Shown here in pieces: positions 29,203 to 39,542 of a stretch of DNA of 61,835 nucleotides (position 1 is the first letter of the stretch; each line of letters opens with the position of its first letter). The translations under genes were made by a program, and so were the position numbers. The stretch is from a virus (Duplodnaviria; Caudoviricetes). The stretch is from positions 1 to 61,835 of IMG/VR virus record IMGVR_UViG_3300044816_000047; one strand, written 5' to 3'. The notes under the pieces were generated by a model. That model was not told where the DNA came from, searched no databases, and saw only the letters and a list, made by a program, of their open reading frames with translations.

Positions 29203-29368
29203 CAGATGGCAGACGAAAAATGGGAAAAGACGCTCAAACCGGGCGACACGGTTCCGGTGAAGGATTTCACGATTACCGCCAGCGGCGGCTCGTCTGCACC
29301 GAGCGATCTCGAAAAAACGATGCTTCAGGCTTTCAGCGGGCCGTGGCCTGACTGGAAGGGACCCGCTA

Positions 29369-30226
29369 TCAGCGAGGCTTTATCTGTTGGGATGCAGCCA
29401 AGAGTTCCGCGGCTAACCGCCGAGCTTCATCGCGCGTCATGGGAATCTGAATTTCAAAAGCGTCTGGATGCTGAGAATGAACGGACGCGTAAACAATCAC
29501 CCTTACGCCGGAGCCTGATACGCTGGCTCTCGGCGGCTGCGTCAGCGGCATTACGAATGGTGATTCGCCTTGATAAATGATTTCGCCCATCAAATCCCCC
29601 TGAGTGCTGCGAAAGAACAAGATGTCCACTGACGAGCGCCCCGATCTAGATCAACTGATGGCCCAAGGAATGACGATCAGCGAGGCTTTGGCGGCTTGGG
29701 TTGCGTGGCGCCCAAAATCTCAACCAACTTCTTCAAGCTCTGATTTATCTGCCCAAGCTGAAAAGCCGAAAACTCCGCTGCATTGACCATGCGCTGGTCA
29801 ATCGCTGGGGCAATGTCGGGCACATGGAAGTCGCCTTCCATGCGGGACTTGTAGCGCTCTGCTTGCAGGTTAGTCTCTTCACTCGTTGGCATTATTTTCT
29901 CCATTTTCCATCAAAATCCCCCTGTACCGCAGCGGTTAGGTGGCCGGCCGGTTCGGCCAGAAAGCGGAATGGCACGTTGACGTTCCGTCTTTTTCGAGGC
30001 GGCACATTTCCGTCGCGCTTAGTCCAATTACGACCATAGTGAGAACGATCAAGACAACCTTGATTCCAAAGAGCCATTTCAGGTTCATGTCGCGCAATAC
30101 AAACATCCAAGAAATCGCTGCCAGCAGCGTTGCCATCCCTATGTAGACGGCGATCCCAACGCCTAGGCTGTAATTTTGCCAAGCGTAGAGCGCTGGAAAA
30201 ATCGAAATTGTCGTATTCTTGATCAC
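29369..30226 (-). CDS. Three genes co-oriented with and downstream of cI (29936-30226 two-TM; 29677-29892; 29369-29590)
   Basis: GTG overlaps the cI TGA; SD motifs ggag and agggg for the others; position of lambda rexAB. Confidence 0.55.
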
Positions 30227-30852
30227 AGGTCCAACACCGTTCGCTTGACGCGGCCGACGACCATCTTCTCCGCTTCCGCCTTGCTCTTCACATAGATCGG
30301 CTCGTGCACGGGGTTTGTGGAGTAGGGCGCGAAGCGTGGAGGATCGGATCGCCAAAGTTTGAAGGTAGTCTCGCCGCGCCGCGAGATGACGTATGCCCGA
30401 CCAGACACTAAGGTCCGCTCAGCTTGATTGACGACGATCACCGAATTTTCGGGCGACACCCGATCCATGGAATCGCCCTCTACGGTTAGCGCGAAGAAAT
30501 CACCCCTCCCGAGGTCGGCAAACGCCAGTAGTGGAACATCCTCTACAGGGATTTGGGAGGAAATTGATCTGAGTTTTCCAGCGGTTACATTGTCTAACAG
30601 GGGTATTTTGGAGAGTGTTTCGGCCGCGGCTTCATGGTTTCCGATCTGACCTTGCAACTCCGCAACACTCCAATGGAGGGCTTGGGCAACCAAAGCCGCT
30701 TTGGACTGAGAAAACGATCGCTTTTTCCCTTCAATTAGGTCCCGGATATAGTTCCGTTCCAGCCCGGTCACGGACTGGGTAGCCTCGACCGCGCCAACCT
30801 CCAATTCGCGCAGTCTCTTCTCAACCCTTTGACGAAGTTCATTAATTGCCAT
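30223..30852 (-). CDS. cI: CI-like repressor, S24 autopeptidase domain
   Basis: N-terminal HTH, AG cleavage site (VTAG), VEGDSM catalytic Ser, TFK catalytic Lys. Confidence 0.9.
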   Translation of the reverse strand: MAINELRQRVEKRLRELEVGAVEATQSVTGLERNYIRDLIEGKKRSFSQSKAALVAQALHWSVAELQGQIGNHEAAAETLSKIPLLDNVTAGKLRSISSQIPVEDVPLLAFADLGRGDFFALTVEGDSMDRVSPENSVIVVNQAERTLVSGRAYVISRRGETTFKLWRSDPPRFAPYSTNPVHEPIYVKSKAEAEKMVVGRVKRTVLDL

Positions 30853-30941
30853 GGCGGATTTATCCGACTTTCCGCCTCATTTGGCGAATGGGATGTTTCC
30901 GACTTTTTGCGCTTGCAAAGTCGGAATTTTCCGACTAAAAC
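30853..30941. promoter_or_regulatory. OR region: operators at 30853-30868, 30888-30903, 30920-30935; PR promoter
   Basis: NNNGGA-N4-TCCGAC sites (the one nearest cro is perfect); TTGCAA (30913)-N17-TAAAAC (30936). Confidence 0.85.
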
Positions 30942-30950
30942 AGTCGGGCC

Positions 30951-31208
30951 ATGGAAAATGAGCTTCGATCAAACCTCCTGTCTTGCGCGGCGGCCTATGC
31001 CGCGAAAAGGAAAACTAAGCTTTCCACCCTTGGCCGGTTAGCAGCCGGCGATTGGCGGTTTTTCAGCAATCTTGATGCAGACGACAAGACCTTCACGGCA
31101 CGCAAATACGATGAGGTCTTGCAGTGGTTTTCGGCCAACTGGCCAGAAGACGCGGATTGGCCAGCCAACATTGAGCGGCCCGCCTCAGTAGAAATGGGGG
31201 CGGTATGA
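30951..31208 (+). CDS. cro: Cro-like regulator
   Basis: Divergent from cI; LSTLGRLAAGD..FF...QWFSANWPEDADWP typical of alphaproteobacterial phage Cro. Confidence 0.75.
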   Translation: MENELRSNLLSCAAAYAAKRKTKLSTLGRLAAGDWRFFSNLDADDKTFTARKYDEVLQWFSANWPEDADWPANIERPASVEMGAV

Positions 31209-31822
31209 CCGCCTCTAGCCGCGTCTACTTCATCAAGCCAGTCGGCATGGACGGACCAATCAAAATTGGGTGCTCGGCGCTTCCAGAAAAGCGTCTTGCA
31301 GACCTGATGGCATGGTCGCCTCTTCCCCTCGAAGTGATCGGAAGCGTTGCCGGCACCATCAACGATGAGCAATTTTTGCACGGTTGTTTTGCGCATATTC
31401 ATTCGCATCGGGAATGGTTTCACTCCAGTTTGCCGTTGCGAAACATGATCTCTGAAATCATCGCGGCCGGATCGATCGCGCCAGCGCGTGCTGCGATGAA
31501 ACCGACAGGCAGTATCCGAAAGGGTGGCAGAAAGAATTGGACTCCGGACCAACGGAAGCAATCTTCCTACGGTCATCGCATCCGGTGGGCTCTCAACAAA
31601 CTTCGGCGCGAGGACGAAACAGAAATAGTTTATGCGACCGTACCTGATGAAGTGCGGGCGATTATGACCAAATGGCACGGGAACCCGTATAGGGGCAGAC
31701 CGGGCCCACCGGCGACCGATGCAGAAGTCGCGCGGCTTGAAGCATTTTTGGCAAATCCATCCGGCCAAGTTCATTTGAGCTGCATTCCGCGCATCCGTCC
31801 GAAAAGCGGGGCTGCCGCATGA
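31205..31822 (+). CDS. GIY-YIG / T5orf172-like nuclease
   Basis: VYFIKP..GPIKIGCS..PEKRL..L...E..LH..F......EWF. Confidence 0.75.
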   Translation: MTASSRVYFIKPVGMDGPIKIGCSALPEKRLADLMAWSPLPLEVIGSVAGTINDEQFLHGCFAHIHSHREWFHSSLPLRNMISEIIAAGSIAPARAAMKPTGSIRKGGRKNWTPDQRKQSSYGHRIRWALNKLRREDETEIVYATVPDEVRAIMTKWHGNPYRGRPGPPATDAEVARLEAFLANPSGQVHLSCIPRIRPKSGAAA

Positions 31823-32217
31823 CAACCTTCATCATCGCATCAGCAATCCTCAACGCGCTCGTGCTGTGTCTCGCAGTCGCGCGTTTGTATCACGTCCGGA
31901 AACGGCGTGGAGCGGCGTCCGCTTCGAAACCCAGCCCCCAGTCCTTTGAAGCGGGCGCCGCGAATAATTCGGTGATCGCATGAGCGGACGGCCGCGCACT
32001 GTCGGGGGGGATGACGCGCAGCCGTCCGCAACGCGCGAAACGCAGCGCGTATTAGATTTCATTTCATCTAAACCGGACGACCGCGAACTTAGCGCTGTGA
32101 TCTTCGCTGGCCTCGTCGCGTCTCCGCTTCTCGTTGCAAGTGTCGTTCTGATTTATCTCTCGTTCTAGCAGTCGCCGCGTCGCCAAACTAAGCGGCTGCC
32201 AAGTGTCGTTGTCTTGA

Positions 32218-32622
32218 GTGCTCTTCATGCCGAGCAACATGCATGTAGAGGGTTTGAAAGTGCTCAAAAGATTTTTGATGGGTAAGCAAATGAGTGAGGC
32301 CGCGTTCGTAGAAGAAGCCGCGCAGTGGTCGCGAGAGTTAACGCGAATGCGAGTACGCGGACCGGGCGATGCCGAGAATGCTCTCCGAGGAATCGAACAA
32401 GAATATGGCATCAATTACTGGACGCTCTGGCAACTCCGATATCGGCTCTCCGCCGTCAAAAAGATCAGTGCCGGAACATACGCTCTCATCAAGGCGGCCT
32501 ATGACGCCGAACGCGATCGGCAATTCAATAAGCTCAAGCGCGAAATTGTTAGAACGGAAGCCATCACCGGGCCTGACAGCGCTGCTGTGCGCGCGGCTAA
32601 GACTTTATTGGGCGAGGGTTAG
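32218..32622 (+). CDS. CII-like transcription regulator
   Basis: GPGDAENALRGIEQEYGINYWTLWQLRY; position after cro; start uncertain. Confidence 0.55.
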   Translation: MLFMPSNMHVEGLKVLKRFLMGKQMSEAAFVEEAAQWSRELTRMRVRGPGDAENALRGIEQEYGINYWTLWQLRYRLSAVKKISAGTYALIKAAYDAERDRQFNKLKREIVRTEAITGPDSAAVRAAKTLLGEG

Positions 32623-32625
32623 GGC

Positions 32626-33621
32626 ATGACGCACAGTTATGGAGAGCGCCTGTATCGCAAGCTATCCGACAGCGAGAAGTGGGCGGTCCTAGCGCTCTGG
32701 CGTCAAGGCTACGACAGCTACGCGATATCCTACCGGATTGGCGTTCATGAGTGTGTAGTCGCAAATGATTTGATGCGTATTCGGCAATCAGAAAAGCTCG
32801 GGGGAGTAAATGGCAACAAAGCAGCAAGTTCATGAGTTGGCGAGTTCGCATCCTGATTTATCGCCGGCACAGATGGCCGAGCGCATCGGCACCACGCCGG
32901 AATATATCCGGGCCACGCTAAGTCGAAAGCGTGCGGCGGATAACCGGGAAAAGGGAATCCCCGTTCTCGGTCGGGTCTCCACTTGGACCGATGAGGATTT
33001 GAAACAACTGGTTCACCTTCGCAACAGCGGCATGAGATGGGCCAAGGTTGCTGAAGAGATGAACCGCCCGCTGGGCTCCTGTTACGATCGATACGCGAAA
33101 ATCTGTTCGATCGGTTATCCAAATGATCCGATCATCGTCCCGGAATTGCCGCGCGTGAATAACATTCCTTTCCATCAGCAATTGGGCATTGAAACTTACG
33201 TCCACATGCAGCCCATGACCCACGATCGGCAGGGCCGCGCGTTCATGCCCGTCACGCTGGCGAAGGTATGACTGATCTGTTCGAACATGCCGCAGCACGA
33301 GCCGCGCGCGACGCCTCGATGGCGCATGTCGACGGCGCGGCGTTGCCGGAATGGAAAATCTTGATGGAGCAGCTCGTCGAAACCGTGGCCGGCCGCATGA
33401 AGCGGTTTACCTCCGATGACGTGTTCGATCTCTTGGACACCTATCCTGGAGCCCCGACGACGCATGACCTTCGCGCGTTCGGTCCGATCATGATGCGCGC
33501 GGCCAAGAACGGTATTTGCCGCAAGGCTGACTGCGCGGCTGTCCCGTCACGTCGGGTATCGCTGCACGCGAGCCCGAGAACCGTTTGGGAATCGCTGATC
33601 TGTCGGGAGAAGGCAGCATGA
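32626..33621 (+). CDS. Early-right ORFs: HTH protein (32626-32835), HTH plus Myb/GcrA-like protein (32810-33271), winged-helix-like protein (33268-33621)
   Basis: WTDEDLKQLVHLRNSGMRWAKVAEEMNRP..SC..RY; coupled starts and stops. Confidence 0.55.
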
Positions 33622-34190
33622 GTCAGAACACATGGCCCTTCGCTTCTCTAATGCCGATGTCCTACGAGATTTTGGCGGTCGATCCGCCGTGGCGCTTTCG
33701 TACATGGTCGGAATCGAACCAGCAGAAATCCGCAAGCAAACATTACGACCTGATGATGATCGACGAGATTAAAGCATTGCCGGTCGGCCAGCTCGCACAA
33801 GGGGATTGCCTTCTGCTGCTTTGGGCAACGGCGCCGATGCTGCCGCAGGCGTTCGACTGCATGAAGGCGTGGGGTTTCACCTACAAATCGAACATGGTCT
33901 GGCGAAAGGTGACCGTTAACAACAAGGTTCGCATGGGGACCGGGTACTGGGCCCGCTCAATGCACGAACAAGTTTTGATCGGCAGCATTGGAAAGCCGCG
34001 AAAGTTTTCGGCCTTCCCGTCCTGCTTCGACGGCATCGCCCGCGAGCATAGCCGCAAGCCGGAAGAGTTCTTCAATCTGGTAGCGAAGCACACCGCCGGA
34101 TTGCGCCGCGCTGACGTGTTTTCGCGAGAGAGCCGTGATGGTTGGGATTCCTTTGGTAACGAAACCGGCAAGTTTGACGAGGCAGCATGA
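33618..34190 (+). CDS. MT-A70 family N6-adenine methyltransferase
   Basis: DPPW, LLLWAT, AWGFTYK, GTGYWARS..E, REHSRKPE, FSRE. Confidence 0.92.
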   Translation: MSQNTWPFASLMPMSYEILAVDPPWRFRTWSESNQQKSASKHYDLMMIDEIKALPVGQLAQGDCLLLLWATAPMLPQAFDCMKAWGFTYKSNMVWRKVTVNNKVRMGTGYWARSMHEQVLIGSIGKPRKFSAFPSCFDGIAREHSRKPEEFFNLVAKHTAGLRRADVFSRESRDGWDSFGNETGKFDEAA

Positions 34191-34604
34191 GCAAGCCCCC
34201 CACAGCCTGCCTAAACGAAGTCCTGCTCCGTGCGGCCCTTAGAGCCGAGCGCATCAACCATCAGCGCTTGCTCGACAGTAACGACGCCCAGCTTGCAAAG
34301 CAAAACGACCATTACGCCAACGAGTTTCGCCGCGTTCCAGAACTCACCGGAGCGCGGGAGGGATAGTGAGCAACCACAATTGGCGTCCTGCCGACACCGC
34401 ACCGTTGGGCGAGGTCAGCGTCGTTTGCCGTGTCACTGAGGCTGGCAACACCGGTCCTATGACCATGTACCGCCGCCTCGAAGGCGTGTGGCACCACTGG
34501 CCGGACGGAACGCCTGTACCGCCAGAATACCCGCCAACCCATTGGATCGACGTAGGAGAGCCTGCGGAGACCGAGACGTAACCACCAACCAACTGGAGGC
34601 TGAA

Positions 34605-34976
34605 ATGCAATCTTTTCTCGACGTTCTTTCTCAAATCCGCGGTGGTGCCGCACTCTCTGACGCTGCAAAGGATCTGCAAGAGCTCGCGCAGGCCGTCCGC
34701 GACACCGGCAAGGCCGGCAAGCTGACGTTCTCGATCACGGTCGAGCCGGACAAGGCCGACGAAACCGTTGTGACCCTCCAGCCCGACGTCACACTCAAAC
34801 TGCCGAAGAAGGCCCGCGCCAAGGGCCTCTTCTACATGGATCGCCACGGGTGGCTCACGCGCGAGGATCCGCGCCAACTCGAACTGCTGGCCGAGAAGGA
34901 AGCGGAGAAGCAGGCCGAGAAGGAAGCCCAGGCCGCCGCGGGCGTCGCTCATCTTGAGCGCGTTGGCCGCGGCTAA
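34605..34976 (+). CDS. YfdP-like protein (partner of DUF2303)
   Basis: F.DVL..IRGG...L.EL..AV.DTGKAGKLT...LTREDPRQ. Confidence 0.65.
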   Translation: MQSFLDVLSQIRGGAALSDAAKDLQELAQAVRDTGKAGKLTFSITVEPDKADETVVTLQPDVTLKLPKKARAKGLFYMDRHGWLTREDPRQLELLAEKEAEKQAEKEAQAAAGVAHLERVGRG

Positions 34977-35015
34977 TCGACCACACCCAATTTCGTTCGG
35001 AAACCGGAGACTTCA

Positions 35016-35843
35016 ATGGCTGAAAATAACGAAGCTGAAACGATCGCCACCCTTGCGACGAGAGCCGTATCCGCCCCACAGATCATCAAGGCTGACGACG
35101 GTCGCGAGTTCCTGATCACGCCGGACACGATGAAGGCGGGCGATATTTCGCCGCCGAACACCATCAAGGTCCTGATGCCGCAGGTGGTTACCCAGCACAT
35201 CAAGGTGCAGACCACGGAATCGCTGGCGGATTACGTCAACCGGTTCAAAAACGCCGATACGGTCCTGTTCGCCGACATCACCAACAACACCATCTCGGCG
35301 ATCGTCGACTATCACAAGGCAGCGGTCGACGCCCCGCTCGGACCGCAACTGGCGACCCACCGTGCCACGCTGGCGCTGCCGTTCTCCCTCGAATGGCAGA
35401 CCTGGCAGCGCGCCAACGGAAAACTGATGAGCCATCTGGAATTCGCGACCTTCCTCGAAGAGAACAGCGTCGACATCAAATCCCCCGCCGGCGCCGACCT
35501 CCTCGAACTCTGCCGCGACCTTCAGGTGGCCCACAACGTCAATTTCGGCAGCCAAGTTCGGATGGGAGACGTCACCAAGATCGAATACCAGAAGGACAAC
35601 GACGCCAAAACCAAGGGCGGCGTGAGCCTGCCGACCTCGATCATCCTCTCGATCCCGGTCTATTTCGGTGAACAGCCAGTTCCGATGACCGCCTTCATGC
35701 GCAGGAAGATCGGCGACGGGGCCCTTTACCTCGGCGTGCAACTATCGCGCGCGGAGAACGTCCGGCAGGAGGAATTCCACCGGATCGTGGACTTCGTGCA
35801 GGAAAAGGTTGCCCTCACCACAATCTATGGGACGCCGGCGTGA
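35016..35843 (+). CDS. DUF2303 (YfdQ) family protein
   Basis: SL.DYVNRF...AIVDYH...S.EW..W...M...EFA.FLEEN...IPVYFG. Confidence 0.8.
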   Translation: MAENNEAETIATLATRAVSAPQIIKADDGREFLITPDTMKAGDISPPNTIKVLMPQVVTQHIKVQTTESLADYVNRFKNADTVLFADITNNTISAIVDYHKAAVDAPLGPQLATHRATLALPFSLEWQTWQRANGKLMSHLEFATFLEENSVDIKSPAGADLLELCRDLQVAHNVNFGSQVRMGDVTKIEYQKDNDAKTKGGVSLPTSIILSIPVYFGEQPVPMTAFMRRKIGDGALYLGVQLSRAENVRQEEFHRIVDFVQEKVALTTIYGTPA

Positions 35844-36197
35844 CCGATAGCGGCCAGCTCACCTTCAAGACCATGGGCGGTGATACCGTCCCGGTCCGCG
35901 GCAAGCACTATGTGCAGCCGCGGGGCTATGCCCATTTCCCAGGTGGTGGACCGGCCAGCGAAACCTGCGGATCCTGCCAGCACATCCAGCGGTATCGGCG
36001 ATGGGCCAAATGCGCACTGGCGCGCGCGGTGCGCACCGGTGGCCGCGGCTCCGACATCCTCGTGCGGGCTCCGGCGTGCAGCAAGTGGGAGGCGGACGAA
36101 CCTCGACCGTCTAGCGATCCTAAAGCGACCGTAAAGCAAACAACGAGCGTTCGCTTAGCGGACGCTCTGCGTTCGCATAGAAATGGAGGGCAGTAGC

Positions 36198-37076
36198 ATG
36201 AGCAGCAAGCGCCCATGGATGCCGCTCTACATCGACGATTATCTCGCAGGAACCTCGCATTTAGAGGCACATGAGCATGGTGCGTACCTGCTTCTGATGA
36301 TGCGCTATTGGAGCAAAGGCTCGCTTCCAGACGACGAGGAACTGATCCGTCGTGTCTCGCGGCTGTCCGTCAAGCAATGGAAAGAGTCTCGCGAAACCAT
36401 CAAATCTTTCTTCCTTGATGGGTGGAGGCACGAGCGTATAGACGCTGAAATCAGCAAAGCTATTGAAAAGTCTAAGATCAATTCTGCGAACGCATCAAAG
36501 TCGCACGACAATCGCAAGCCATCCGCACCTAAACCGCGTAGCGAACGCAAAGCTAACGCACCTGCGAACGCAGACACACTTCACACTTCACACTTCACAC
36601 CCCCTTCGGGGGGGAGAGAGGACGCCCCCCCGAAGGCTGCTTTGCAGGTGGGTTTAGGAAGTCAGGTCGATCCCGAGTTCGAGCCGAGCGCCGAAGCGAT
36701 CGACCGCGCGCACCAGCAGGGCGCCACGGACGAGGAAATCGACAGTGAGGTGCGAAAATTTATAGCCAGCCACCAGATCAAAGGGACATTTTCGCCAAAC
36801 TGGGACGCCTCGTTCGCGAAGTGGTGGGAAAACTGGAAGCCGCACAAGGAGCGATCCAAGGCGCCGCCGCGCGTCGAGGTCAACAGCGGCCCGTTCGTTC
36901 CGAGCGAGACCGATTGGACCAAGGCGATCGCACGCTGGAGCAAGAACGAAAGCCATTGGCCAACATGGGGCGGCAACTCGCCAGGATCGACCTCGTGCAA
37001 ATGCCCGCCTGAGATCCTACGCAAGCACGGAATTGACCCCGCGACCGGATTCAAGATCAAGGAGGTGGCAGAATGA
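36198..37076 (+). CDS. DUF1376 (YdaU-like) replication initiator
   Basis: PWMPLYIDDYLAGTSHL...EHGAYLLLMM.YW..GSLPDD; internal iterons; DnaT-like C-terminal part. Confidence 0.85.
   Translation: MSSKRPWMPLYIDDYLAGTSHLEAHEHGAYLLLMMRYWSKGSLPDDEELIRRVSRLSVKQWKESRETIKSFFLDGWRHERIDAEISKAIEKSKINSANASKSHDNRKPSAPKPRSERKANAPANADTLHTSHFTPPSGGREDAPPKAALQVGLGSQVDPEFEPSAEAIDRAHQQGATDEEIDSEVRKFIASHQIKGTFSPNWDASFAKWWENWKPHKERSKAPPRVEVNSGPFVPSETDWTKAIARWSKNESHWPTWGGNSPGSTSCKCPPEILRKHGIDPATGFKIKEVAE
36486..36600 (+). repeat. Probable replication origin: four GC(G/T)AACGCA iterons and a (CACACTT)3 array
   Basis: Copies at 36486, 36541, 36552, 36564; tandem 7-mer 36575-36600 in the initiator linker, as for lambda ori inside O. 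Confidence 0.65.
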
Positions 37077-37345
37077 TCCGCGACCCGTCAGACGGTTCGG
37101 TACGAGAGCCCGTGGTGGGAAATCCCGTCACGGAAATCATTACCGGGGAAAGCCCGGCAATCCCAGTTGTGGCAAAAAGTGCAACTACTGAAAAGCCCGC
37201 AAACTGGGGCCTCACGTCGCTCGACAAGCAGCCTCGACCGGAACCAAAGAAGGCCCCAACCAAGGAAGAACTCGCGGCGCACTACAGCCAATTCAATTTG
37301 GGTTTTAAGCCAAAGTCGGCCAGCTAAACCAACGAAAGAAATCTC

Positions 37346-38014
37346 ATGCACGGGGCAGCACAAGTGAACGAAACCATCATCAAGAGCATTTCAGCGGTCA
37401 AGCCGAGCCGCGGCAGCGGGCAGACCCGCGCCAAGAAGCGCAGGGAGGACGAACGTCGAGGAGGGATGCATCTGAGATACAAGGTCATGGTGCAGACGTT
37501 CGATGGAGCCATAAAAGCCCTGAAGGACTGCCCGCCGGACCAATTCGACGCGCTGGTCAAATCTATTTCGGAGGTCAAGCGCCTGCAAGAGCCCGTCACT
37601 CGGCTGGTGTTTGTCGGCCACCTGACTGCCGAGCAGGGCATCGCAGCGCGCCGCTACGCCGACGTGGTTCGGAAGTTCGAGCGCTACTTCCTCCCACCGA
37701 TCCAGCGGAGCGCCAGGAGCGCGGCATTGGAGCCCATGCACGGAGAGGACGACGAGATCGAACGCCGCATCGCAGAGGGCACGCTGCCTCAGTACGAGGC
37801 CAATGCGCGGAAGGCCAAGCGCGACTACCAGCGCGTTATAAAGGTTCTCGCCCGCTTCGCCGACCCCCTGACCGGCCGCAACGTCGCCAAGGACGTGCTC
37901 GACGATCTCTGCCTCAACGACCGGGAGCCCGCGCAGCAGCACCGCCGGGACATCGCCGTGGTCCTGTCGGGTATCGCGGCTGCGTTTGGACAGGTGAAGG
38001 GAGAACGACGGTGA
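37346..38014 (+). CDS. Putative late-gene regulator (antiterminator/activator)
   Basis: Q-like position; GHLTAEQGIAARRY...VLDDLC...VLSGIAAAFG resembles alphaproteobacterial phage late regulators. Confidence 0.5.
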   Translation: MHGAAQVNETIIKSISAVKPSRGSGQTRAKKRREDERRGGMHLRYKVMVQTFDGAIKALKDCPPDQFDALVKSISEVKRLQEPVTRLVFVGHLTAEQGIAARRYADVVRKFERYFLPPIQRSARSAALEPMHGEDDEIERRIAEGTLPQYEANARKAKRDYQRVIKVLARFADPLTGRNVAKDVLDDLCLNDREPAQQHRRDIAVVLSGIAAAFGQVKGERR

Positions 38015-39354
38015 TGGAAGGGCATGAAAATGTGGTGAAACATCTTCAGAGCGTGATTTCAGATATTGATCAGGAAATAGCGGTCCACAAAGAAAATCTT
38101 GATCGAATTATCGGCCGGAGGGCTGAGATTGAATCGAACCTCGCCAAGGCAGAGGAAAGAAGGGCGTCCTTCCAACACGCCATGGACCGCCTGAAGACCC
38201 CAACGGACCACACCAAGGGAGGGCGAGGATGACCAGAGACGAGGCGACGGAGATCATTCAGAGACACGGGATGATTGGTGATCCAAGGAGATTTGTGGAC
38301 GCGATCGCCGCTCTCGGCATCCTCAAACTGGAGGAGCCGCGGAAGAGAGAATTGGTCGAGGTCTTGGTGGACCACATTCACAAGAGCGGCGGATGCCCGT
38401 GCAGCAAGTGCCTGCGCGAGAGCCTAAAAGCTACCGGCCTCAAGATCGTAGAGGCGGATAAGGTCTGCTGGAAGCCCGTGGAAGGCCGTGAATACAACCC
38501 TAGAGCGGAGGCACGGAAGTACATTGACGACCTCGCCGAAACGAGGCGCGATACGTGGCCTGTGCCATAACTCGTGTGCCACATCGTGTTGTCCTGTGCC
38601 GCCTGTGCCTCTCTAATGGCACACCACCGAAAGGTCTGAAATGACTGACGAAACCGAGAAGCCCGCGATGTCCTACGCCGAGATAGGGAGCGCTCCGATC
38701 GTCTATTTCGATGGCACAGCGTGCCATGGGGTGCTCAATGGCACACTGCAATTGGAGCTCGTGGCGCGGATCCTGGTGCCGACCGCGGACGGCGGGGTGG
38801 ACCTGAAACTGATCCCGGCGGTGCGGCTGAGGTGCTGCCCGGCGGCGGCAAAGGCGCTGCTGTACTCGATCGAGAGCGCGCTACAGATGGCGGAACGGCC
38901 GGAACCGCAGCCGCCGGTCGCGGCTTCAAAGTTGAATTGAGGATAGCATGAGCCCAGACATTGGAAGCATGGAATTCGTCGTTCGGATGATGGGTGTCGC
39001 CATTGTAATGTGGGCAATATTCATCGGTTGCGTGGCGCTGATCGTCCGACTTATCAGACCGAAACGTCCGCCGGTCGCCGCGTCGAAGCTGAATTGAGGG
39101 AGGGAACCATGAGCACAACAATAGGACGACAACTGGATTATAACCATCCAGCGGATTATCAAGCGCAGGCAAACGCCTATGCTCAGCCACCGCGCCTCAC
39201 AGCAAAGGAGGCTGGCGAGAACCTTGCCCGGCTGATGGAGCGCCAGCTAGGTTACCCGGAGGGGCATTTCGACAACGTGGCCCTGCGGCTGTTCATCCGC
39301 GCCTACTGGTCGCGGGTGTCGACGTATGCGCATGCGATACATAACGAGCCGTGA
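38011..39354 (+). CDS. Small hypothetical ORFs (38011-38232, 38229-38570, 38641-38940, 39109-39354)
   Basis: SD motifs and coupled junctions. Confidence 0.5.
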
Positions 39355-39387
39355 TTCGGAGTGCCCACCAAACCTGTGAATAACCAA

Positions 39388-39525
39388 CTGTGCCACATAC
39401 CGCTGTGGCACAGGGGTCTTGTGCCATTTCGCGAAGCACAGTAGGGTCCCACTTGTTCAGGGGCGGTCATTCGCCCCTTTTTCATTTTCAGAGCCCTCGC
39501 TGCGGACCCCGCGCGGGGGCTTTTG
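39388..39525 (+). promoter_or_regulatory. Candidate late promoter with upstream palindrome and two tandem terminators
   Basis: CTGTGCCACA-N6-TGTGGCACAG (39388-39413); TTGTGC-N17-TAGGGT (39419-39447); hairpin plus T run at 39459-39482 and 39490-39524. Confidence 0.55.
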
Positions 39526-39542
39526 CATGTCAGGAGCCTCCC

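Noticed and set aside
29192-29206. Strong SD (ggaggg) as proof that 29206-29580 is a gene
   Set aside because: The G-run is one arm of the minus-strand terminator hairpin, so the ORF remains unresolved.
38561-39425. TGGCAC motifs as sigma54 promoters
   Set aside because: None of the copies I checked has TTGC at the required spacing after TGGCAC.
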